Source: Bacteroidota bacterium
Lineage (GTDB): Bacteria > Bacteroidota > Bacteroidia > Bacteroidales > FEN-979
DNA: 61,648 nt
NCBI GenBank assembly: GCA_037131145.1
Contig: JBAXRP010000003.1
Span: forward strand, 1-61,648
Reading direction: 5' to 3'
Position numbers and translations under genes: made by a program. Position 1 is the stretch's first letter; every line of letters begins with the position of its first letter. Of this stretch, positions 38,080 to 48,732 are shown piece after piece. The notes beneath the pieces are model-generated. The model ran no database searches. It had not been told where the DNA came from and was given only the letters and a program-made list of their open reading frames with translations.

Positions 38080-39108
38080 TTGTTTAAGTTTGCACATACA
38101 TATTATTTCTATTTTTTAGCCCTGATTCCGGTCTTTATTGCGTTGCTGACCTTTTTCCTCCTTTGGAAAAAAAAGGCGATTGCCCGTTACGGCGATATGA
38201 ATGTAATCCGTCAATTGATGCCTGAATATTCCGGCGGAAAGATAATTATTAAATTTTTGGGGATAATGCTGGCTATGGTAGCTCTGATTTTCGCTTTGGC
38301 TGATCCGCAAACAGGTTCTAAAATTGAGAAAGTCAAGCGCAAAGGCATTGATCTGATGATTTGTCTCGATGTGTCAAATTCGATGATGGCGATGGATATA
38401 AAACCAAACCGCATTGAAAGAGCCAAACAATCCATTATCAGGCTGATTGATAATTTGGAAGGCGACCGTATCGGAATAATTGTATTTGCCGGTAAAGCTT
38501 ATACACAATTACCGATAACCACTGATTATGCGGCTGCCAAAATGTTTACCGAGATGATTAATACCAATATCGTCCCAACCCAGGGAACTGCTATTGCTCA
38601 GGCTATTGAACTTGCCGTAAATGGTTTCGGTGATACCAAACACAACAGAGCCATCGTGATTATTACCGATGGAGAGGATCATGAAGGAAATGTACTTGAA
38701 CAAGCGGAACTTGCTGTTAAGAAGAATATTACTATTTACGCCATTGGTATGGGTTTGCCTGAAGGAAGTCCTATTCCTGTTTACGATGGAAATGTTCAGG
38801 TAGGATATAAAAAAGATCGCGATGGGCAAACGATTATGAGTAAACTCGACGAAACTTTATTGCAACAAATTGCCAGCGTTGGGAAAGGAATGTATGTGCG
38901 GGCAACCACTAGTGAAACCGGGTTGAGCAAAATTTTTGAAGATATCAGCAAAATTCAGAAATCGGAAATTGAAGAGAAGCAATTCAGCGATTATGAAGAT
39001 CAGTTCCAGTACTTTGTGGGGATTGCAATTTTATTGTTAATCCTCGACTTGTTTGTTTTTGAACGAAAAACCAGATGGATAAAACGTTTTCAGCCTTTCC
39101 GGGCTTAG
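38080..39108 (+). CDS. batB: vWA domain protein BatB
   Basis: DVSNSM, LPITTDY, ITDGEDHE, SKLDE; TTG start. Confidence 0.92.
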   Translation: MFKFAHTYYFYFLALIPVFIALLTFFLLWKKKAIARYGDMNVIRQLMPEYSGGKIIIKFLGIMLAMVALIFALADPQTGSKIEKVKRKGIDLMICLDVSNSMMAMDIKPNRIERAKQSIIRLIDNLEGDRIGIIVFAGKAYTQLPITTDYAAAKMFTEMINTNIVPTQGTAIAQAIELAVNGFGDTKHNRAIVIITDGEDHEGNVLEQAELAVKKNITIYAIGMGLPEGSPIPVYDGNVQVGYKKDRDGQTIMSKLDETLLQQIASVGKGMYVRATTSETGLSKIFEDISKIQKSEIEEKQFSDYEDQFQYFVGIAILLLILDLFVFERKTRWIKRFQPFRA

Positions 39109-39139
39109 TCAACCACCAACTGATATAGAGAAAGCGTTA

Positions 39140-39841
39140 ATGAAGCGTATAATGATGAAAACTAAACTGATAATTGCACTAATTCTGTTTACCGGGTTTA
39201 TTGCTTATGCCCAGAAGGAAAATACCTTACTTAGGAAGGGAAACAGCAATTTTGATAATGCCAATTATAAAGAGGCTGAAAAGGATTACCGGAAAGCGCT
39301 TGAGATAAACAAGGAATCTGTTAAAGGGCAGTTCAACCTGGGGGCTGCTGTTTATAAAAACAATAATTTTGAAGAATCAACAAAGATATACAGCAACCTG
39401 GCTGATAAGAAATCTGACCACGATGTGCAATCGAAGGTATATCATAATCTTGGCAATTCACTTTTTCAGTCAAAAGAGTATGAAAAAAGCATTCAGGCGT
39501 ATAAAAATGCGTTAATAAATGATCCCAAAAATCTCGATACAAAATATAACCTGGAATATGCCCGAATGATGTTAAAGAAGCAGCAACAACAGCAGCAGCA
39601 ACAGAATAAAGACGATAAGAACAAGCAGGACGAGAAAAAGGATCAGAAAGATAAAAAGGAACAGAACGATAAGCAAAAGAACCAGGATTCGCAGAAACAA
39701 CCCCAGGATCAGCGAAAAATCAGCAAGGAAGATGCAGAACGAATGCTCGAAGCATTGAAAAATGACGAGAAGAAAACGCAGCAAAAGGTGAAAAAACAGA
39801 AGGCAAAAGTTCAGGTTGTTGGCGTTGAGAAAGATTGGTAG
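39140..39841 (+). CDS. batC: TPR protein BatC
   Basis: TPRs, Q/K/D low-complexity tail, C-terminal EKDW. Confidence 0.9.
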   Translation: MKRIMMKTKLIIALILFTGFIAYAQKENTLLRKGNSNFDNANYKEAEKDYRKALEINKESVKGQFNLGAAVYKNNNFEESTKIYSNLADKKSDHDVQSKVYHNLGNSLFQSKEYEKSIQAYKNALINDPKNLDTKYNLEYARMMLKKQQQQQQQQNKDDKNKQDEKKDQKDKKEQNDKQKNQDSQKQPQDQRKISKEDAERMLEALKNDEKKTQQKVKKQKAKVQVVGVEKDW

Positions 39842-39865
39842 AGTAATTCCACATAGAGTGACCGT

Positions 39866-41734
39866 ATGTTAAAAAGATTAAGTATAGTTTTCCTTGTTTT
39901 CATTGTCGCCATAACATCTGCAGGATTTTCGCAGGATGTTCAGTTTACCGGCCAGGCAAAACAAGTGGTTTCTCCGGGAGAGACTTTTACTCTCGTATAT
40001 ACTCTTAATGCCCAGGGTAGTGGATTTCAGGGACCGAGAATTCAGGGATTTGATTTACTCAGTGGTCCAAATACAAGTACCAGTTCGAGCATCAGGGCTG
40101 TGAATGGAAGGACAACAATGACAATTACCTATTCATTTACATACCTTCTTCAGGCAAACCGGGAGGGAACTTATGATATTCCTGCGGCAACTGTGAATGC
40201 CAATGGGAAACAGATTTCGTCAAATATTGTCACAGTTAAGGTCGCCAAAAGCTCTGCGGCATCGGGGAGTCCTGGTCAGGCAGGAGGTCAGAATCGCAGC
40301 GGCGCTCTTCGTTCGGGCGCTGAATCAGGAAACATTAATGATGTTTATGTCAAAGCTTTTGCATCAAATTCAAATCCAATCCAGGGCGAAGGAATAGTTG
40401 TCACCTATAAGGTTTTTACGAAAGTTCCGATTGCTCAAATAAATATCAGCAAACTTTCATCGTTTTCAGGCTTCTGGTCTCAGAACCTGATGAAGGAAAA
40501 TGATAAATTACCTCAGACTACACAAATAATTGACGGTGAGCAATATGTGGTAGCCGACATTAGAAAAATTGCGCTTTTTCCATTAAAAAGCGGGTCTCTC
40601 GTTATAGACCCGCTTGAACTTTCCTGTGTAGCTCAGGTTCGACGACAAACCAAAACAAAGACCGGCGATCCTTTTTTTGATGATTTTTTTAATGATTCTT
40701 TTTTCAATTCCGGCGTTGCCAATGTAGAAAAAAACCTGAAGTCAAATCCGGTAACTATTAATGTACGTCCTCTTCCAAATGAAGGAAAACCTGTTGATTT
40801 CAGCGGTGCAGTGGGGAGCTTTACTTTTACTTCAGAAATTGATAAAACCCGTTTAAAAACCAATGAGGCAGTAACGCTTAAATGTACTATCAGCGGACGT
40901 GGTAATATTCAACTCATAGATAAAATGAATGTTACCTTTCCGCCTGATTTTGAATCTTACGATCCGAAAGTGACAAGTAATATTCAGACGGCAGCTTCGG
41001 GTATATCTGGAAATCAGATTTTTGAATATCTTCTTATCCCTCGTAAACCCGGTAAATTTATTATAAAACCCATCCTTTTCAGTTATTATGATTTGGATAA
41101 AAAGCGCTACGAAACACTGTCCAGCCCCGAGTTTACTCTGGATGTTGAGAAAGGGAGCGGCGAAGCAGCTTCAATACAAAGCTATTCCGGGGCAAATAAG
41201 GAAGATATCAAATATATCGGCAGCGATATCCGGCATATTAAAGAAGGAGTTTTCGAATTAGAACCAGTGGGATCCAGGTTTTTCGGCTCACTTTTATTCT
41301 GGGCGCTTTTGATAATCCCTGTTTTTTGTTTTATGGGTTTTGTGGTTTTGTGGCAAAAAATGGCAGCCCGTCGTAGCGATACCGTTCTGATGAAAAATTT
41401 AAGGGCAACGAAAACTGCCCGTAAGAGATTACATAGCGCAGAACAATTTCAGAAAACCGGACAACAGGACGATTTTTATATTGCGATATCTCAGGCTATA
41501 TGGGGATATCTTAGTGATAAATTCGGCATCGCTGTTTCTGAATTAAGTATAGATTCTGTCCATGAAGCCCTTAGGCAGAAAAGCGTTGAAGAATCGCTTA
41601 TAAATCAATTTATTGAAACACTTAACAATACTGAATTTGCCCGGTTTGCGCCCGGTGAAAAAACGGTGAACATGGAAAGAATCTATAATGAAGCGCTTGA
41701 AGTAATTTCAAAAATGGAACGAGGTTTGCGATAA
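39866..41734 (+). CDS. batD: BatD protein
   Basis: GFDLLSGP, FSGAVG, GRGNIQL, FESYDPK, EFARFAP. Confidence 0.92.
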   Translation: MLKRLSIVFLVFIVAITSAGFSQDVQFTGQAKQVVSPGETFTLVYTLNAQGSGFQGPRIQGFDLLSGPNTSTSSSIRAVNGRTTMTITYSFTYLLQANREGTYDIPAATVNANGKQISSNIVTVKVAKSSAASGSPGQAGGQNRSGALRSGAESGNINDVYVKAFASNSNPIQGEGIVVTYKVFTKVPIAQINISKLSSFSGFWSQNLMKENDKLPQTTQIIDGEQYVVADIRKIALFPLKSGSLVIDPLELSCVAQVRRQTKTKTGDPFFDDFFNDSFFNSGVANVEKNLKSNPVTINVRPLPNEGKPVDFSGAVGSFTFTSEIDKTRLKTNEAVTLKCTISGRGNIQLIDKMNVTFPPDFESYDPKVTSNIQTAASGISGNQIFEYLLIPRKPGKFIIKPILFSYYDLDKKRYETLSSPEFTLDVEKGSGEAASIQSYSGANKEDIKYIGSDIRHIKEGVFELEPVGSRFFGSLLFWALLIIPVFCFMGFVVLWQKMAARRSDTVLMKNLRATKTARKRLHSAEQFQKTGQQDDFYIAISQAIWGYLSDKFGIAVSELSIDSVHEALRQKSVEESLINQFIETLNNTEFARFAPGEKTVNMERIYNEALEVISKMERGLR

Positions 41735-41760
41735 TCAGGCGCATAAATAATAAATACTTA

Positions 41761-42540
41761 ATGAAAGTCAGACAAGTAAGTTTTATGAAGTTCGTGGGCG
41801 TTTCAATTATTTTTATCCTTTTCTCGTTGCTTACTTATGCAATTGATCAAAAGGAACTTATATTAAAAGCGAATAAAGCCTATTCAGTGGGTTCCTTTGC
41901 AGAGGCTGCTGAATTGTATTCCAAAGTTGCCGAGGCAGGTTACGAAGCGCCGGAATTGTATTATAATCTTGGCAATGCCTACTTTAAAATGCATGATTTT
42001 GCACAAGCAATTTTATGGTATGAGCGCGCAAAAAGGTTGGATCCGGGTAATGAAGACATTAATTTTAATCTGAATGTTGCCAATACGAAGATTTCAGATA
42101 AGATTGAACCATTGCCTGAGCTATTTTATAAACGATGGTTTTACGGTCTGGTTCTGCTTTTTCCTGTTGACACTTGGTCAACTCTTGCTTTAATTATTTT
42201 ATTCGCCGGATTAGCAGGGCTTGTTTTATTCCTTGTTTCACGTGTGATGATATTAAGAAAGATAGGATTTTGGTCAGGAGTAACGCTAATTTCAGTTTCA
42301 TTGATTTTCATTTTTCTGGCGTGGAGCGGAAATCGTTATTTGACTTCAACCTCGTATGCTGTAATATTCTCGCCAACAATAACAGTAAAGAGTTCTCCTG
42401 ATGAAAAAAGCACGGATCTTTTTGTGGTTCATGAGGGAACGAAAGTAATCCTTCTGGACAATATCAGCGGCTGGTACGAAATCAGAATCGCCAATGGAAG
42501 CGTTGGCTGGCTACCTGTAACCGCAATGGTAAAAATCTGA
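41761..42540 (+). CDS. batE: BatE (TPR + SH3)
   Basis: YYNLGNAYFK, AILWYERA, LFVVHEGTKV, GSVGW. Confidence 0.92.
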   Translation: MKVRQVSFMKFVGVSIIFILFSLLTYAIDQKELILKANKAYSVGSFAEAAELYSKVAEAGYEAPELYYNLGNAYFKMHDFAQAILWYERAKRLDPGNEDINFNLNVANTKISDKIEPLPELFYKRWFYGLVLLFPVDTWSTLALIILFAGLAGLVLFLVSRVMILRKIGFWSGVTLISVSLIFIFLAWSGNRYLTSTSYAVIFSPTITVKSSPDEKSTDLFVVHEGTKVILLDNISGWYEIRIANGSVGWLPVTAMVKI

Positions 42541-42736
42541 TATTCTCACGATTTACCCGCTGTTTCTACTGATTTGCAGAAGAAAAGCCCTAACTGGTAA
42601 AATAATTTTGCTGGTTATTCTTTTTACTTTATATTTGTTCGTTAAATAACAGTCGGCAATTTTTGCTGTTAATTGTTGATTTACAACGGTAAACAAATTT
42701 CCAAAGCAAGATTTATAAGTATAAAAAACGGATGAT

Positions 42737-45547
42737 ATGAGAAGAAACTATTTACCTTTTGGCTTGATTTCAGTTTTTCTGGGACTTTCCATGCTTTTTA
42801 TTTCTGTAATGTCGGTATCTGGGCAAACCGGGAACCTGAATCAGGAAAAAATTGATAGATTGCGATGGGAGAGCATACGCGCCAATCAGCATACAGGGGT
42901 TGTTAATCCTATGGATGCTTTGAAAGCCCACCAGCAGGCTGAAGGGTTTCGTACAAAATCAACTGAAGCCGCTATGAACCTAAGCTGGATCAATGCAGGA
43001 CCTGATAATTATCCAGGACTTGTATGGAGCGCTATTTTTGATAAAACTGATCCTAAAGGTTTAACTATCATTGCAGGAACTGAAGCGGGCGGTATCTGGA
43101 AATCAATAAACCTTGGACTGACCTGGACGCAAATGGCGGTGGAAAACAATGCGTCGTTGCGGGTATCCTCATTAGTTCAAACAACAAGTGGAACCATTTA
43201 TGCTGCCACGGGTATTATGAATTGTAAAGTTGTTACTCTTGAAGGAAATGGCATTTATAGGTCTGAAAATGGTGGAACTTTTCAGGCAATTCCCGCAACA
43301 CAAGGTAATTCTGACTTTTTCGGAGTTACCAAATTAGCGGTTGATCCAATATCAAACCGTGTTTTTGCAGCTACTTTCGGCGGCCTCTATTTTAGTGATA
43401 ACGGAAATGATTGGAGCCTGGTAAAACCTGGCTATGCGATGGATGTTTGTGTTGGTTCTGATGGCACTGTTCTTACTGCGGTGGGCGACTCTGCGTATAT
43501 CTCCAACGGTGGCAACCTTTCCTCATGGGTTACCCTGACTACAGGAACGCCTGATATGCTTCCTAAAAGTGGTATAGGATGGATGGTATTTGCTATTGCG
43601 CCTTCTGATCCTAATATATTATATGCAAGTCTTGCCAATACTGATGGGAGGTTACTCAGCATTTTCACTTCTATTAATAAAGGCGCAACCTGGTCGGTAA
43701 TTTTCCCGAACAATCCCGCTTTCGAACCGTTTGGTGGCGCCGGGTGCTATGCAAATACATTAGCAGTTTTTCCTGATGATCCCAATAAAATCTATCTTGG
43801 AGGGATATATATGTGGTATGGACGCAGAATTCAGCCATCAGGATATTTTAACTGGGAAATGGTTAGCTATGGCGCATATTCTCCATGGTATCCTAACAGT
43901 GCGCCAGCTTTACTTCACTCTTTCATGTTTCGCCCAAACTACAATAACCAAATTGTACTTGCCACCGATGGAGGCGTTTGTCTTGGAACCAATGGCGTTA
44001 ATGGGTTAGAATTCCAAACCAGTAATAAAAATTTGTCATCGAGTCAGTTTTATTCACTTTCATTCTCAACAAAGAAAAACTTTGTAATGGGAGGCGGTAA
44101 AAATATAGGGTCGCTTGCTTTGGGTTTCTTTTATCCCACATTGACAAATGGACCTCGCGATGGGTTCCCTTTGTTACAACCTCAAGGGCTTTACATGGGT
44201 TCTAACGGTGGAACTGGCGTGTGGTCAAACCTTAATTATAATATTGGTGTATTTACGGTTCGTTCAACAACCTCTACATTCCAACGCCAGGATTTCCGGG
44301 ATCTTACATACGTCAACGATTTTATGAATGGAATTACATCTGTTTATACTGATTACAGCCCAATGCATTTGTGGGAAAGCTTCAAATTTTCACAAACCCG
44401 CGACAGCGTCAAAGTCTTTGCCTACTCAAAACCAATTCCCGCCGATACCCTCCTTAATGTTGAAAGCGCCAACGGAATTACTTTTCCTTATATGACCACT
44501 GCCCCAATAGCACAAGGCGACAGCATCCTTGTTGCTGATCCCATCGCCAGCAGGTTTTTCTTTTATGGCAATAAAGCCACAATTGGTTATGGCAAAGGAA
44601 TTTTAATGTCCAAGGATATGCTGAAATTTAATAAAGATTCTGAGTATTTTATTATTCTCAAGGATACTGCTACAAATGGAGATGTAATTTCCACTTTTGC
44701 CGTATCTGCAGATTTGAATACACTGTGGGCTGGCACCCAAAAAGGCTGTCTTTATCGCTTAACCGGGCTTATTAATGCCTACGACTCTGCAACCGCTAAC
44801 GTTTTCAGTTCGGAATGTAAAATCGCTATTAATGCTTTCTCCAATACTCCTTTTACCGGACGTTATGTAACCTCAATATCCATCAATCCATCAAATACCA
44901 GTCAGGTACTGGTCACGCTTGGCAATTATGGAAATCAGGATTACGTATATTATACTACAAATGGCGACGCTACTTCGCCAACCTTTTCCTCTGTTCAGTC
45001 GAATCTTCCAAAGGCTCCTGTATTCGCTGGTCTTATCGAACTTCATGGAAATAATGCAATCGTTGGAACCGACGTTGGCGTGTATAGTACAAACGGAATC
45101 AACACAGGTAATCCGGAATGGGGAGCCAGTATGGAAAATATTGGCGATGTTATTGTCACCGATATCCGTCAGCAGGTGATGCACGATTATCATATTCTTA
45201 ACTATGGCGTAATCTACCTCGCATCTTATGGCCGCGGAATATGGATGGATACAACCTATTATACTCCTGTTGGAATTGAACCTGTTAGTAGCGTTGCCGC
45301 TACATCAAATACGCTGGCGCTTACCCCAAATCCAGTGAAGGATCAGGTGAATATCAGCTATTCAGTTAACATTGCCGGAAATGTCGAAGTATTGGTTTAT
45401 GACATTACCGGACGTTTGGTTCTAAATTATAATTTTGGAAATCGCCCCAAAGGAATTTTCAATGGAACACTCAATGTTGCTACGCTTCCAGCCGGAAGTT
45501 ATCTGATGCGGGTTGGATCGGCAAGTGGAAAGTTGATAAAGTACTAA
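42737..45547 (+). CDS. T9SS-secreted BNR/Asp-box beta-propeller (VPS10/glycosyl hydrolase-like) protein
   Basis: W..AGPDN, GGIWKSINLGLTW, GIYRSENGG, SINKGATW, ASYGRGIW; CTD TPNPVKD...YDITG...GSYLM. Confidence 0.8.
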   Translation: MRRNYLPFGLISVFLGLSMLFISVMSVSGQTGNLNQEKIDRLRWESIRANQHTGVVNPMDALKAHQQAEGFRTKSTEAAMNLSWINAGPDNYPGLVWSAIFDKTDPKGLTIIAGTEAGGIWKSINLGLTWTQMAVENNASLRVSSLVQTTSGTIYAATGIMNCKVVTLEGNGIYRSENGGTFQAIPATQGNSDFFGVTKLAVDPISNRVFAATFGGLYFSDNGNDWSLVKPGYAMDVCVGSDGTVLTAVGDSAYISNGGNLSSWVTLTTGTPDMLPKSGIGWMVFAIAPSDPNILYASLANTDGRLLSIFTSINKGATWSVIFPNNPAFEPFGGAGCYANTLAVFPDDPNKIYLGGIYMWYGRRIQPSGYFNWEMVSYGAYSPWYPNSAPALLHSFMFRPNYNNQIVLATDGGVCLGTNGVNGLEFQTSNKNLSSSQFYSLSFSTKKNFVMGGGKNIGSLALGFFYPTLTNGPRDGFPLLQPQGLYMGSNGGTGVWSNLNYNIGVFTVRSTTSTFQRQDFRDLTYVNDFMNGITSVYTDYSPMHLWESFKFSQTRDSVKVFAYSKPIPADTLLNVESANGITFPYMTTAPIAQGDSILVADPIASRFFFYGNKATIGYGKGILMSKDMLKFNKDSEYFIILKDTATNGDVISTFAVSADLNTLWAGTQKGCLYRLTGLINAYDSATANVFSSECKIAINAFSNTPFTGRYVTSISINPSNTSQVLVTLGNYGNQDYVYYTTNGDATSPTFSSVQSNLPKAPVFAGLIELHGNNAIVGTDVGVYSTNGINTGNPEWGASMENIGDVIVTDIRQQVMHDYHILNYGVIYLASYGRGIWMDTTYYTPVGIEPVSSVAATSNTLALTPNPVKDQVNISYSVNIAGNVEVLVYDITGRLVLNYNFGNRPKGIFNGTLNVATLPAGSYLMRVGSASGKLIKY

Positions 45548-45571
45548 ATTTCATAATGTTCTCCCAGCAAT

Positions 45572-45607
45572 AAAAAAGGCGTCAGATTCATTTCTGACGC
45601 CTTTTTT
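45572..45607. terminator. Bidirectional intrinsic terminator
   Basis: AAAAAAGGCGTCAGA-ttcatt-TCTGACGCCTTTTTT between convergent genes. Confidence 0.9.
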
Positions 45608-45638
45608 GTATTCCAACCTCAACCCTTATTTCCTATTA

Positions 45639-46268
45639 TTAACCAATAGACTTTTTAAATTCCTGCAAAATTTGAATGTCAGAATCTTTAATATAGCCAA
45701 TTTTGGCTGCGGTTTGAATCAGAATATCAAAGTCGGTAAGCGTAATTAGGGGACAATGACTATCAAGAAATGATTTTTCAGCTTTTGCAAGGTTATAAGT
45801 GAAAATCGCTACCATTCCTTTAACGTTACACTTTGCATTTCTGAGAGCTTCCACGGCATTTAAACTGGAACTTCCGGTTGAAACAAGATCTTCAACAACA
45901 ACAATGCGCTGTTCCTCACGAACTTCACCTTCGATCTGATTGGAAAGTCCATGGGCTTTTTTCTCCGAACGAATGTAGGCAAAGGGTAATCCCATCTCCT
46001 GAGCAATAAGAACCCCTTGGGCAATCCCGCCTGTAGCGACGCCGGCAATGGCTTCAGGTTCAAAATTACTTTCGCTGATAGCTTTTACAAAATGCTGCCT
46101 TATAAAAGTTCTGATTTCAGGGTAGGAAAGTGTTATTCTGTTGTCACAATAAATAGGTGATTTAATACCTGACGCCCAGGTAAACAGATTATTCGGACTT
46201 AGTTTTACAGCTTTGATTTTTAATAATAATTCGGCTGTTTTTATGGCAATTTCTTTATTATAAAGCAT
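45639..46268 (-). CDS. pyrE: Orotate phosphoribosyltransferase
   Basis: FTWASGIKSPIYCDNR, VVVEDLVSTGSSS; ATG 46268 lies downstream of TACTTTTG at 46293-46300. Confidence 0.97.
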   Translation of the reverse strand: MLYNKEIAIKTAELLLKIKAVKLSPNNLFTWASGIKSPIYCDNRITLSYPEIRTFIRQHFVKAISESNFEPEAIAGVATGGIAQGVLIAQEMGLPFAYIRSEKKAHGLSNQIEGEVREEQRIVVVEDLVSTGSSSLNAVEALRNAKCNVKGMVAIFTYNLAKAEKSFLDSHCPLITLTDFDILIQTAAKIGYIKDSDIQILQEFKKSIG

Positions 46269-46346
46269 AATATTAATATCATTTAGACTTGGCAAAAGTA
46301 ATAATTTTTCTTTTAGGGTCTATGGTCGAATGGATGGCGGTCAGGA

Positions 46347-47072
46347 ATGGAAAATGAGTTATTTTTGAGGGAAAATTTGCGTAAAATGACCATTTTTCTG
46401 AATGAGAGGGTTATTCGTTTCGTTCCGGATTATCCGGATAAGGCTTTGCCGACTGATTTGATAGCCAAATATTCGTCAGTTTCCGAGTTTCGACAAGTAT
46501 GGTTGGATTTTCAGCGGGATGAAAAATTCGACACTTTAATTATTATTGATAAGAATACATCAAAGGAGTTTTATGAAGCCGGGGCAATAATTAGTTTAAA
46601 TGAGCTATCTGAGTTTTCCGGCGCGTTTAAAATATTTTTATCTTTCTTTAAGTATGTTGGTGCGGCAGGCGGATTAGTTAAAAATGAAAAGAGCGAATTT
46701 CTATTTATTTTTCGGCTTGGTTTCTGGGATTTACCAAAGGGTAAAATTGAAAAGAAAGACTTTTGCAATAACAACCTGGAAAACGTTTCACGCAGAGCCG
46801 CAGTAAGGGAGGTAATGGAAGAGACGGGACTCGATAGGGTTGAGATTATTCGCCAACTGCCATGCACCTGGCATATTTATGAACATAAAAACAAACAGGT
46901 ACTTAAACAGACCTTCTGGTATGAAATGGCTGCAAGTAGTCAACTTTTACTTATTCCGCAAACCAGCGAAGGTATTTATCTTGTAAAATGGACTTCTCCC
47001 GAAAATCTGCCTTCTATTTTGGCGCTTACATACAGGTCGCTCAGGGAGTTATTGGTTCCATTGGTGTTATAA
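46347..47072 (+). CDS. NUDIX hydrolase
   Basis: AAGGLV, WDLPKGK...AVREVMEETG. Confidence 0.9.
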   Translation: MENELFLRENLRKMTIFLNERVIRFVPDYPDKALPTDLIAKYSSVSEFRQVWLDFQRDEKFDTLIIIDKNTSKEFYEAGAIISLNELSEFSGAFKIFLSFFKYVGAAGGLVKNEKSEFLFIFRLGFWDLPKGKIEKKDFCNNNLENVSRRAAVREVMEETGLDRVEIIRQLPCTWHIYEHKNKQVLKQTFWYEMAASSQLLLIPQTSEGIYLVKWTSPENLPSILALTYRSLRELLVPLVL

Positions 47073-47073
47073 G

Positions 47074-47760
47074 TTAAAGCTCGTCGGCATTAAATCTAAA
47101 TCCCAGTCTTTTTCCGGTTTTGATTGCCATTGCATCGAGAGTGTTCTGGATTTCGGTTACCGTCACCTGTTTAATTGTATCGAAAGGAGGCGTTAATAAG
47201 TCGAAATTCAAAGTGTATTCAATGGAAGAATGGAGAATCTTCTGAACTGCTTTGCGGTCGAGAACACTTCCCTGAAAATTATTGTAAAGAAGTCCGATCT
47301 CACGCTTTCCTTCGATAAAATAATGATTTTCACGGTTTACAAAAATTCGCGCGATGCAATACCCTTCGTCGGATGTACGGTTGTACTTGAATGAATCGGC
47401 AAGAAAGTTGAAAATGTGGATTATACCACAATAAGAGCGGCTTTTATCATCACGGATATAGCTGCTTTTCATCACTACATGATCGCGTGGAATCTCGAAT
47501 ACATTTGAATGCATAAAGAAAATCAGGATATCTGAGCCGAATTTCAACTGGAATGAAAACTCTCCCTGCTCGCTGTATTCAAAAGGCAGCGGATAATCGG
47601 CTTTTTTTAATGCTGTTTTATGAGTTCTGACAAAACTGTCAATCTCCTGTTTGAATGATCCGAACACATCAAGCGTTCTTTGATAAACCTCCTGTTTCAG
47701 ACAGCTTTTAGTAATAATTGCCTGAATAAGGGCTTTGGATCCTTCTGATTGTGATTCCAT
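47074..47760 (-). CDS. Hypothetical protein, probably conserved in Bacteroidetes
   Basis: Intact 228-aa ORF (FFMHSNVFE, RIFVNRENHYFIEGKR); no function recognised. Confidence 0.7.
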   Translation of the reverse strand: MESQSEGSKALIQAIITKSCLKQEVYQRTLDVFGSFKQEIDSFVRTHKTALKKADYPLPFEYSEQGEFSFQLKFGSDILIFFMHSNVFEIPRDHVVMKSSYIRDDKSRSYCGIIHIFNFLADSFKYNRTSDEGYCIARIFVNRENHYFIEGKREIGLLYNNFQGSVLDRKAVQKILHSSIEYTLNFDLLTPPFDTIKQVTVTEIQNTLDAMAIKTGKRLGFRFNADEL

Positions 47761-47804
47761 TGTGGTTCTCGGTGAAACCTTCGTGAACTTCTATGTTGCA
47801 AAAA

Positions 47805-48638
47805 CTAAAACTCGTCAGGTAGTCGCTTTAAATCCTCATTAGTAAACACCGGACCATCCTTACAGACATAAGTGGAGCCGATGTTGCAGCGTCCGCATTT
47901 TCCGAGGCCGCATTGCATTTTCATCTCAAGGGTGGTGATGATGTCGGGATCGGCAAAACCGAGCTTTTTGAGTGACAGGATTGTATATTTAATCATAATC
48001 GGCGGACCGCAGGTGATTACCTTGGTGTTGGCGATTTCAGGTTTTACAACCTCTTCGAGTATTTTGGGAACCACGCCAACATTTGAAGTCCAGGTATCTT
48101 CCGGTTTATCAATGGTCAGAATCACCTTGATAGATTTGTTATCCTGCCACTCTTTGATCTCGTCCTTGTAACACATATCGGCAGAAGTGCGGGCGCCGTA
48201 TAAAATCGTGAAATCCTTGTAATCGCTGCGATTGTCAATGCAATATTGAATCAGGGAGCGTAGTGGCGCTAGCCCGATGCCGCCGCCTACGAAAAGCAGA
48301 TTTTTTCCTTTGAGATCCTCCAGCGGGAACCAGTTTCCATAAGGTCCGCGGATACCAACTTCATCACCCTCTTCAAGACCAGTGTGAATGTCGGCAGTTA
48401 CAATTCCCGCCCTTTTGATAGAGCAATCGAAGTAACCTTTCCGTGTTGAGGAGGAAGCAATACAAAAAGTGCATTCCCCCGAACCAAGCAGGGAAAATTC
48501 CACAAACTGACCCGGCATCCACGTGAAGTTTTCCATACACCCCTCTTCCCTGAATTTCAGGCGATAGGTTCGAACGTCGGGGGTTTCCTGGATAACTTTG
48601 TCGATCTTGCAGATCATGGGTACTAACAACTGTTCCAT
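47805..48638 (-). CDS. flxA: FAD/NAD(P)-binding oxidoreductase with 2Fe-2S cluster (FlxA; HydG/AsrB/PyrK-like)
   Basis: PGQF, RGPYG, GGGIGLAP, CGPPIM, MQCGLGKCGRC...CKDGPVF. Confidence 0.85.
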   Translation of the reverse strand: MEQLLVPMICKIDKVIQETPDVRTYRLKFREEGCMENFTWMPGQFVEFSLLGSGECTFCIASSSTRKGYFDCSIKRAGIVTADIHTGLEEGDEVGIRGPYGNWFPLEDLKGKNLLFVGGGIGLAPLRSLIQYCIDNRSDYKDFTILYGARTSADMCYKDEIKEWQDNKSIKVILTIDKPEDTWTSNVGVVPKILEEVVKPEIANTKVITCGPPIMIKYTILSLKKLGFADPDIITTLEMKMQCGLGKCGRCNIGSTYVCKDGPVFTNEDLKRLPDEF

Positions 48639-48680
48639 AGTCTTTTATTTCACCCCACCCCAGGTGGGAACCATTCAAAA

Positions 48681-48732
48681 TTCTATTGTTCTATTGTTCG
48701 AGTATTCTTTATTCTTTATTCTTTATTCTTTA
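48681..48732. repeat. Intergenic 8-/7-nt tandem repeats
   Basis: TTCTATTG x2, TTCGAGTA, TTCTTTA x4; the last unit includes the flxB stop codon. Confidence 0.8.

Noticed and set aside
39572-39784. Hydrophobic antisense ORF and CAG/CAA repeat
   Set aside because: Mirror of the normal Q/K/D-rich BatC tail
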